A DNA stretch of 36,573 nucleotides from an uncultured Dehalococcoidales bacterium (GTDB lineage: Bacteria > Chloroflexota > Dehalococcoidia > GIF9 > AB-539-J10), in NCBI GenBank assembly GCA_964557995.1, contig CAZLCQ010000002.1, positions 1 to 36,573 of the forward strand. The letters are read 5' to 3'. A program made the translations under genes and the position numbers. The notes beneath the pieces were generated by a model. That model had not been told where the DNA came from. It worked only from the letters and a program-made list of their open reading frames with translations, and did not search any database. Below, in pieces: positions 26,860 through 33,011 of this stretch. How positions within the stretch are numbered: the first letter of the stretch is position 1; each line of letters starts with the position of its first letter.

Positions 26860-28005
26860 ATGCCTCATCCCAAATTCAAGGAAATCGACCGCGCCTACGG
26901 CTTTGATGAAATCGCGCTTGTTCCCGGAGACGTAACTGTTAATCCTGACCAAACCAATATAGACTTTACCGTAAGAGACTTTACCTTGTCCACCCCCATC
27001 TTGGCCTCAGCCATGGATGCTATCATTGACACCGCCTTTGCTATTGAGTTTGCCAGGCTTGGCGGGCTACCCGTCCTTAATCTGGAAGGTGTACAAACAA
27101 GGTATGAAAACCCCGATGAGGTTCTGAACAGAATCGCCCAAACTCCTGAAAGAGACGTTACATCCCTCCTCCAACAGGTTTACTCCGAGCCTATCAAGGA
27201 AGAACTCATTAGTCAACGCATTGGAACAATAAAACAGGCTGGCGCTATCTGCGCGGTATCTATAACTCCCGCCAACACCAAACGCCTGGCTCCCATAGCC
27301 AAGGATGCCGGAATGGACATACTAGTTGTGCAATCTACCGTCACCACGGCCCGGCACATATCCAAAAGCTATCGAGGACTCATCTTGCCTGAGCTCTGTC
27401 AACAAGTGACCTTGCCTATCATAGTGGGTAATTGCTGCACCTATAGCGCAGCATTGGAGTTAATGAGAACGGGAATTGATGGCGTACTGGTCGGAGTGGG
27501 GCCCGGAGCTGCCTGTACCACCCGTGAGGTCATCGGCGTTGGAGTTCCTCAGATAACTGCTACTCTGCATTGCGCCGCTGCCAGAGATGCCTATCTCAAA
27601 GAGAGTGGTAAATATGTAGCAGTTATAACAGATGGCGGCATTCGCACAGGCGGTGATTTATGTAAAGCATTCGCCGCCGGTGCCGATGCTATAATGATCG
27701 GCTCACCTTTGGCGCAAGCTGCAGAAGCGCCCGGCAAAGGCAATCACTGGGGCATGTCTCATTCACATCCAGCTTTGCCCAGAGGGACACGTGTTAGAGT
27801 CGGCACCACCGCCTCGTTAGAGCAGATTCTTTTTGGTCCCACCTCCACCACCAACGGCACTCAGAACCTGGTCGGCGCTTTGCGCACCGGAATGGGAGTA
27901 TGTAGTGCCCGAAGCATCAAAGAAATGCACAAAGTCAAGATGGTTATCGCGCCATCCATAAAGACTGAAGGCAAGCATTTCCAGGCAACCCAAAATGTCC
28001 CTTGA
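26860..28005 (+). CDS. IMP dehydrogenase/GMP reductase family protein without a CBS subdomain (GuaB3-like)
   Basis: 381 aa. '[12 protein letters not shown]', 'PILASAMD' and the catalytic-loop context '[24 protein letters not shown]', plus '[30 protein letters not shown]'. The length and lack of a Bateman insert resemble the GuaB3-type paralogs. Confidence 0.85.
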   Translation: MPHPKFKEIDRAYGFDEIALVPGDVTVNPDQTNIDFTVRDFTLSTPILASAMDAIIDTAFAIEFARLGGLPVLNLEGVQTRYENPDEVLNRIAQTPERDVTSLLQQVYSEPIKEELISQRIGTIKQAGAICAVSITPANTKRLAPIAKDAGMDILVVQSTVTTARHISKSYRGLILPELCQQVTLPIIVGNCCTYSAALELMRTGIDGVLVGVGPGAACTTREVIGVGVPQITATLHCAAARDAYLKESGKYVAVITDGGIRTGGDLCKAFAAGADAIMIGSPLAQAAEAPGKGNHWGMSHSHPALPRGTRVRVGTTASLEQILFGPTSTTNGTQNLVGALRTGMGVCSARSIKEMHKVKMVIAPSIKTEGKHFQATQNVP

Positions 28006-28007
28006 GA

Positions 28008-28637
28008 TCATAGAAACGCAGAAAGACAGAACCAAACGCCAAACCCAGCTAGAATCAAAGCACAAGCACTGAACACAATCCTCTGCACCTTCTGTGTCCA
28101 CCATCGCCTCGACTCAAATGTGCCTACAGAAAGGAATTCGCTCCACCCCAGATCACAGGGCAAATGTACCAAAGCAAAAAGAGCAATGCCAATAAGCCCG
28201 AACTTGGCTGCGCCGGTTATTAGAACTGCCCCGGCCGTTACCCACCATATGTAAAAAGCGGGGTTAGTTCCCGTAATCACAATACCTGTCACAAAAGAGC
28301 TGGCTGGTAGTCCCCCCACTGCACCAGGTGTCTCACGATTGGCCCGAAACATCCGGAAACCGAGATAAAGCAACATCAAACCACCCACAAGATATATTAC
28401 TGTTTCCACGAGTGGAGAGCTGATCAAACGCCCCGATCCAACATAGATTGCAGCTATCGCGGCTATAAGAGGTATCTCGATAACAGCGTGTCCTGCTGTA
28501 ATCCATGCGCCAGCGTGCTTCTCAGTATAGCCCTTAGCTATGGTGGCAGCAGTCATTGGCCCGGGGAGCATAACGCCGGTGAGAGAAACTCCCACTGCCA
28601 TTACCAAGAATTGGCCTAGGCCTAGGCTTGTTTCCAT
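28008..28637 (-). CDS. LysE/RhtB-family amino-acid exporter
   Basis: 209 aa with about 6 TM helices and the N-terminal 'GVMLPGPMTAATI' PGP motif typical of LysE-type translocators. Confidence 0.75.
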   Translation of the reverse strand: METSLGLGQFLVMAVGVSLTGVMLPGPMTAATIAKGYTEKHAGAWITAGHAVIEIPLIAAIAAIYVGSGRLISSPLVETVIYLVGGLMLLYLGFRMFRANRETPGAVGGLPASSFVTGIVITGTNPAFYIWWVTAGAVLITGAAKFGLIGIALFALVHLPCDLGWSEFLSVGTFESRRWWTQKVQRIVFSACALILAGFGVWFCLSAFL

Positions 28638-28660
28638 AATTAGCTTGGGACAGAACCGGG

Positions 28661-29431
28661 TTAAGGCTCGATCTTTTCTTCCTGCTCATCCTCCTCGCCA
28701 ATCACGTCTCCACCATAACGGGGAAGCACCACCCCTGCTGTAGCCGGCCTGTTTCTGGCTCTTCTGGGCAAATCGCCAAGCATCTTCTTCAGCTCGAACA
28801 ATGCGTCAGTCGATTGCGTTGAGGCAGAAACCACAGCATCCACTCCAGCTTGCCATAGACTTATCAGTTCCTCCTTTGTGACCAAAGAAGGCAGCATCAT
28901 AACAACCGGCTTTTCCAGGAGCTCGACGGACCGCCGACACACAAGTAGGCGTTCCACAGTCATCACAGAATCCCCACCACCACTAATCAGCACCCCATCC
29001 ACTTCAAAGCTATTAATGGCTCTCACCAGGCCCTGATCCAGCGAAGGCTCTATCATCAGGAATTTGCCCACTTCCTTTTTGCTCAGGATCGCTGCCACTC
29101 CCCCAATATCAAAGACCACAAAGTCACACCCTAGGCTAACAAGTTCGTCTATTTCTGTTTCACACATGCCCTTCACAAATACCCCCAGAGGAACATCGCC
29201 CACCGCTTCGATGACCTGTTTCACGGTCTTAGCGCCTGTGCCTTCACTTACTATCAACCCAGCATCAGCAGCGATGTCAGCCACGGTTCTGGCTTCCTTG
29301 ACCCGAGTCTCGGATAGCCCCACAATAAGCAGCATGGAAGGACTCCTTACTGCAGAGACAGCGGGATGAAAACCTATAGGCGCGCTTGATGATTTCGAAA
29401 GACTCCGCAATTTGTCTGCGAATTTGCTCAT
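28661..29431 (-). CDS. Hypothetical protein (256 aa), alternating beta/alpha pattern, acidic C-terminal tail
   Basis: An intact ORF starting 10 nt after the tRNA-Thr 3' end, with GGGGG in that 10-nt spacer. The sequence alternates hydrophobic strands and helices ('LLIVGLS', 'AGLIV', 'DFVVFDIGG', 'VDGVLISGGGD', 'VVMMLP', 'VDAVVS'), suggesting a TIM-barrel or Rossmann-like fold. The tail is 'GEEDEQEEKIEP'. No family recognised. Confidence 0.65.
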   Translation of the reverse strand: MSKFADKLRSLSKSSSAPIGFHPAVSAVRSPSMLLIVGLSETRVKEARTVADIAADAGLIVSEGTGAKTVKQVIEAVGDVPLGVFVKGMCETEIDELVSLGCDFVVFDIGGVAAILSKKEVGKFLMIEPSLDQGLVRAINSFEVDGVLISGGGDSVMTVERLLVCRRSVELLEKPVVMMLPSLVTKEELISLWQAGVDAVVSASTQSTDALFELKKMLGDLPRRARNRPATAGVVLPRYGGDVIGEEDEQEEKIEP

Positions 29432-29441
29432 AGTACCCCCT

Positions 29442-29513
29442 AGCCAGCGGTCGGATTCGAACCGACGACCGGCGGTTTACGAAACCGCTGCTCTACCCCT
29501 GAGCTACGCTGGC
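29442..29513 (-). tRNA. tRNA-Thr (anticodon CGU), 72 nt, CCA not encoded
   Basis: The reverse complement folds as a cloverleaf. Acceptor GCCAGCG/CGCTGGC; D arm GCTC-AGGGGTA-GAGC; anticodon arm GCGGT-TTCGTAA-ACCGC (anticodon CGT). Variable loop CGGTC; T arm GTCGG-TTCGAAT-CCGAC; discriminator U. Confidence 0.93.
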
Positions 29514-29523
29514 ATAGGAACAG

Positions 29524-29552
29524 ATTGTAGCTTGTGGGCTCATGGGCGTCAA
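29524..29552 (-). promoter_or_regulatory. Near-consensus promoter for tRNA-Thr
   Basis: The minus strand reads TTGACG (29552-29547), a 17-nt spacer and TACAAT (29529-29524). The -10 ends 10 nt before tRNA position 1. Confidence 0.5.
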
Positions 29553-29622
29553 CATCTTCTTATACCGCAAGAAGTCGATAGCCCTGTGGTTGAAACATGC
29601 TGGAAGATAATCCTCTGTCCCC

Positions 29623-29690
29623 GAAATTCAAACAGGTCACAGACAGGTACCTGAATATTGTGAAGAGGGTATGCCCTTTGGATTGGGTGA
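29623..29690 (+). repeat. Copy A of a conserved ~68-nt intergenic block upstream of B-repeat lipoprotein gene 1
   Basis: It aligns without gaps to 31823-31890, exactly 2,200 nt away. The core tgaagagggtatgccctttggattgggtga versus agaagggggtatgccctttgcattggctga matches at 26/30. The preceding 20 nt match at 15/20. Confidence 0.6.
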
Positions 29691-29773
29691 TGGACTTGCT
29701 CTAACGGTAGTTTACGTCACAGTGACGCCTTAAGCTATCCTCAAACTTCATCTCAGTGCATCGTTGAGGCTTA

Positions 29774-29801
29774 TTGACACTCACTTCACTAGTGATACAA
29801 T
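29774..29801 (+). promoter_or_regulatory. Candidate promoter for B-repeat lipoprotein gene 1
   Basis: TTGACA (29774-29779), a 16-nt spacer and TACAAT (29796-29801), 21 nt before ATG 29823. Confidence 0.5.
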
Positions 29802-29822
29802 AGCTTTGCAGAGTCCACATAT

Positions 29823-30137
29823 ATGAGAAGAATCATCATCTTTCTTATTACGGTAGCCTTAGCGGTGGGCGTGACAGGCTGCATTCCTCCTCCGCAGAAT
29901 CTTACCGTGTCCAGTACCGAAGGTGGTGAGGTAATCACACCTGGCGAGGGGACTTTTACATGTTACGGAGGAAGAGGGGTCATCCTCATGGCGGTCTCAG
30001 ATACTGGCTATCACTTTGTGAACTGGACTGGCGATGTCTGCACCATAGCCAATGTGAACTCCACCGCAACCACCATCCACATGAACTGCGACTGTTCCAT
30101 CGTGGCCAATTTCGAAATCGGTCGGTGGAGGGCCTAA
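29823..30137 (+). CDS. Small lipoprotein with one divergent InlB-B-repeat-like domain (paralog 1, 104 aa)
   Basis: Signal peptide plus lipobox 'LAVGVTGC'. The domain is 'LTVSSTEGGEVITPGEGTFTCYGGRGVILMAVSDTGYHFVNWTGDVCTIANVNSTATTIHMNCDCSIVANFE'. Confidence 0.75.
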   Translation: MRRIIIFLITVALAVGVTGCIPPPQNLTVSSTEGGEVITPGEGTFTCYGGRGVILMAVSDTGYHFVNWTGDVCTIANVNSTATTIHMNCDCSIVANFEIGRWRA

Positions 30138-30253
30138 CAGCGTACATATGACAACCAATTCCGCGGCAAGCGCCACAATCACGATTACGATGTATACTGG
30201 GAATAGCGAGTAGTCAAAAAACCAGGTTTGGTGGGAAATTGATGAGGTAACAA

Positions 30254-30847
30254 GTGGTAAGAAAATCAATTCTGACTATAGCGACAGTGCTAACTCTCAG
30301 CATTGGTATCATTGGGTGTGGGTACGAGGCGATTCCCGAGGGTCAGTACACTCTAGCTATCTCTAGTAGTCGTTGCGGCTACGTAGACAGGCCTGGAGAG
30401 GGGATTTTTGTGTATGACAAGGGAACTGTAGTCGAGTTGTTGGCCAACCCTGTTGGGGATAACCCCTTTGTCAAGTGGACTGGCGATGTTAGCACTGTAG
30501 CTGACGTAGAGGATGCCGCCACCAGCATCACTATGAACGACGACTACGCAATAACCGCTACTTTTGAATGTGGGCATGCAATGTGCTTCATTGCCACCGC
30601 AGCTTACGGCACCCCCATGGCGGAGGAAATACAGATTCTGCGGGAGTTCAGAGACGAATATCTGCTGACCAACCCACTCGGCCAAGGTTTGGTAGATCTC
30701 TATTACAAGGTCAGCCCACCAATAGCTGACTTCATAACTGACCATCCCAGCCTGAAACCGATAGTGAGAGTTGGGCTTATGCCCATTGTGGCCATGTGTA
30801 GAATAGTCTCGGACATCATTCCGCAATTTGCTGGCAGCGAGGCCTAG
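30254..30847 (+). CDS. Lipoprotein: InlB-B-repeat-like domain plus a 'CFIATAAYG' C-terminal module (paralog 2, 197 aa)
   Basis: GTG start with GAGGT 5 nt upstream and lipobox 'SIGIIGC'. The domain is 'YTLAISSSRCGYVDRPGEGIFVYDKGTVVELLANPVGDNPFVKWTGDVSTVADVEDAATSITMNDDYAITATFE'. It is followed by 'CGHAMCFIATAAYGTPMAEEIQILREFRDEYLLTNPLGQGLVDLYYKVSPPIADFI...'. Confidence 0.8.
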   Translation: MVRKSILTIATVLTLSIGIIGCGYEAIPEGQYTLAISSSRCGYVDRPGEGIFVYDKGTVVELLANPVGDNPFVKWTGDVSTVADVEDAATSITMNDDYAITATFECGHAMCFIATAAYGTPMAEEIQILREFRDEYLLTNPLGQGLVDLYYKVSPPIADFITDHPSLKPIVRVGLMPIVAMCRIVSDIIPQFAGSEA

Positions 30848-30882
30848 TGAATCAAGCAGCTAGAGGGATTTGGAGGTAGAAG

Positions 30883-31623
30883 ATGAAGACAATAGTCAGT
30901 TCGAGGAGCCACCGTCACATGGCAAGAGTCAGCATCTTTTTTTTTATGGTAGCCTTAATTATCGGGATGGTAGGCTGTGTTGGCGGTGATGGTAACAATG
31001 GTGGGGAATCTTATACCGTAATTGTCGACTTTACGGCTGGAGGCACAGTCACGGTTGACGACGTACCCATCCCTGGAAAAGCCATTCTCACCTATGACGC
31101 TGGTACAGTGGTTAGCCTGAGTGCCAGTCCAAGTGCTGACTACCGGTTTGTCAACTGGACTGGCGATGTGAGCACCATTGCCAATATCAACTCCGCTTCA
31201 ACCACCATCACCATGCAGGGCAACTATGAAATCGTCGCTAACTTTGAAGCGACTCTGCATTCCACCTATAAGTTGATCTGCGACGTTCCAGAGGTCATTG
31301 TGGCTCGCGAAGACACAAGGATACCGGTGACCTTGAAGACCGATGAGTTGGGAGAATTAGGCTACGATGGCGTCCAGTTACATATTAGGGTATACCCCCG
31401 TGCCGGAGATGTTACGATCAAGCTCTACTTTTGGTCCTTCAACAACGGATTGTACTCAGGGGAGTTCGACTTGTCGGCAGACTACAACGGAACCATCTAC
31501 CCAGTTGTTTACTTCAGCGAAACAGGCGAATACACCTTCACTCTCAGTTTGGTTGAGGCACTATACGGTCCTGTGATTGACGACATGACAGAGTCTATAA
31601 CTGTCAGCGTGGTGGAGGCCTAG
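30883..31623 (+). CDS. Lipoprotein: InlB-B-repeat-like domain plus an unknown ~125-aa beta-rich C-terminal domain (paralog 3, 246 aa)
   Basis: SD GGAGGT lies 5 nt upstream; lipobox 'IIGMVGC'. The domain is 'YTVIVDFTAGGTVTVDD..IPGKAILTYDAGTVVSLSASPSADYRFVNWTGDVSTIANINSASTTITMQGNYEIVANFE'. The C-terminal part 'YKLICDVPEVIVAREDTRIPVTLKTDELG...' is unassigned. Confidence 0.8.
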   Translation: MKTIVSSRSHRHMARVSIFFFMVALIIGMVGCVGGDGNNGGESYTVIVDFTAGGTVTVDDVPIPGKAILTYDAGTVVSLSASPSADYRFVNWTGDVSTIANINSASTTITMQGNYEIVANFEATLHSTYKLICDVPEVIVAREDTRIPVTLKTDELGELGYDGVQLHIRVYPRAGDVTIKLYFWSFNNGLYSGEFDLSADYNGTIYPVVYFSETGEYTFTLSLVEALYGPVIDDMTESITVSVVEA

Positions 31624-31822
31624 GAGGCTGCTGCAGCACGCTTCATTGTTAGCCGGGCGATACAACTATCATTAGGACTTATCTCTTTTGCTGATAGGCA
31701 GTTGAGTCAGAAGCTTTGTATGGGGACATTCCTCAAACCAGACATTCTATTCTGATTGATAATGCCAATAGTGACCGTTGTTTCCACCTTCAGGCATCCT
31801 GATAAACCCCTTGATTACTCTG

Positions 31823-31890
31823 AGAATTCAAATTAATCAAACACACGTATCTGAACATTAAGAAGGGGGTATGCCCTTTGCATTGGCTGA
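31823..31890 (+). repeat. Copy B of the conserved ~68-nt intergenic block, upstream of B-repeat lipoprotein gene 4
   Basis: See copy A (29623-29690). A downstream short match (ctcactagtgcatcgtcc versus tctcagtgcatcgttga) and similar -35 regions (tattgactcccttc versus tattgacactcacttc) extend the homology with indels. Confidence 0.6.
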
Positions 31891-31976
31891 CAGCGCTCAC
31901 TAGTGCATCGTCCTGGGCACACAACACACAGTTCGCAGTAGAGCCGGTCGACTAGGCATCCCCAAGATCCGAGGTA

Positions 31977-32006
31977 TTGACTCCCTTCTGAGAGAAGTGG
32001 TATCCT
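31977..32006 (+). promoter_or_regulatory. Weak candidate promoter for paralog 4, homologous to the paralog-1 promoter
   Basis: TTGACT (31977-31982), an 18-nt spacer and TATCCT (32001-32006). This would give a ~190-nt 5' leader before ATG 32203. Confidence 0.3.
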
Positions 32007-32202
32007 GTCAGAGGCAGTCGTGAGCCGAGGTGATCGGCGGGTTCTCGTGCAGTAGTTCCAAATCGAGCAAGAGTCCGGAAGATTAGGTTTCTACCCCACC
32101 GATGGACACGGCGGAGTTGTTTGCCCGGGAGTTGGTGCCACAAATGGCAGTTACCGTGGTCCATTCCATCGAAGGCCGAGGAAAGACTACTAAGGAGGGA
32201 AA

Positions 32203-32529
32203 ATGACAAAGAAACTGATGCTGGTCGCTCTAGTCGCGCTCTTAGTATGTACAGGTTTTGGTTTCAAGGCTTCTTGCACCGCTCCTGTAACCGAGTGGCG
32301 CTTGACTATCAGCAGCACAGAGGGCGGCTCCGTGCCCATCCCCGGAGAAGGCATCTTTTGGTACAATGATGGGCAGGCTGTCGTTTTGAGTGCGCTCCCA
32401 GATCCGGGCTACCGATTCGTGAGTTGGACCGGTAGGGTGGACGCCATTAACGATATCTATCAGCCTACGACCATCATCAATATGGAACTCGATTACACTA
32501 TTACCGCTAATTTCGCCCCTGTCGAATAG
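32203..32529 (+). CDS. Small secreted or lipoprotein with one InlB-B-repeat-like domain (paralog 4, 108 aa)
   Basis: SD AAGGAGGG lies 4 nt upstream; signal peptide 'MTKKLMLVALVALLVCTGFGFKASC'. The domain is 'WRLTISSTEGGSVPIPGEGIFWYNDGQAVVLSALPDPGYRFVSWTGRVDAINDIYQPTTIINMELDYTITANFA'. Confidence 0.8.
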   Translation: MTKKLMLVALVALLVCTGFGFKASCTAPVTEWRLTISSTEGGSVPIPGEGIFWYNDGQAVVLSALPDPGYRFVSWTGRVDAINDIYQPTTIINMELDYTITANFAPVE

Positions 32530-33011
32530 GGCGAACTTTGGGGTAGCAACATAAGCTCTTAGTTACGGCAACTTCCCGGGCATGCCGCCCGTTGGCCTCC
32601 CCTCTCCAGCATAATTCGAACCGCCACCTAGGACGAGATTTCTGTTGCGGTCAGAATTGGGCTATCACCAGGACCACTCAATCACCATGCTGGCTGCCAT
32701 AGTGCAAATCAATCTACTCTTCCTTACCGTGAAGCTCACTTGAAAGGAACAGACATAGGCTGCTTGCTTTTGCATGTACAATGAGGGGGTTACTCAAGTC
32801 AACGAAATTGGAGCACAGTATAACCTAGTGCGAGGACGACTCAAGATCTTTGACAGTCTCTGACTCATCTATGTCGAGCCGCCACTGAACCAACCATTGA
32901 GGTTAATCAGCCATATCATATAAAATAAAGGGCAGCTATACCTTCACAAATCCAGTGAGCTAGCCGGATTTCTCAAAGGTTGACAAATAACATGGCAACG
33001 AGGTGATTTCA

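Noticed and set aside
29671-29733. Mini-ORFs starting at the conserved ATG of the duplicated block: MPFGLGDGLALTVVYVTVTP in copy A and MPFALADSAH in copy B.
   Set aside because: Only the first 6-7 codons are conserved, and the lengths differ (20 versus 10 aa). The purine run sits only 1-2 nt from the ATG, too close for an SD. Both lie upstream of the predicted promoters. The conservation looks like it acts at the DNA level. They are kept only as a note within the duplicated-module finding.
29997-30269. A 90-aa minus-strand ORF with a TM-like stretch ('FPVYIVIVIVALAAELVVI') covering the paralog 1-2 intergenic region.
   Set aside because: Most of it is antisense to paralog 1, and its start lies inside paralog 2. 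It has no SD. The hydrophobic stretch is the reverse-frame reading of the T/I/A-rich relic repeat, so it is likely spurious.
32071-32082. 'GAGTCCGGAAGA', reminiscent of the SRP RNA GGAA tetraloop region, the RNase P 'AGUCCGG' or the cobalamin B12-box.
   Set aside because: The flanking bases do not form the required helices. The other conserved elements (GCCACUG, or the symmetric loop AGCA) are absent or in the wrong order. The similarity is a short chance match.
31952-32209. An 85-aa minus-strand ORF inside the long leader of paralog 4.
   Set aside because: Its start overlaps the paralog-4 SD and ATG on the opposite strand. It has no motifs and an Arg/His/Gly-rich composition typical of chance ORFs.
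28008-32529. The idea that the lipoprotein array is a tRNA-Thr-targeted genomic island.
   Set aside because: There is no integrase, recombinase or mobility gene and no direct repeat of the tRNA 3' end. The array lies on the 5' side of the minus-strand tRNA, whereas islands insert at the 3' end.
32614-32628. A tRNA-like string GGTGGCGGTTCGAAT on the minus strand, a possible tRNA gene or att-site remnant.
   Set aside because: There is no complementary 3' T-stem, acceptor or anticodon arm around it. It shares only the generic CGGTTCGAAT with tRNA-Thr. It cannot be called a tRNA or att duplicate.
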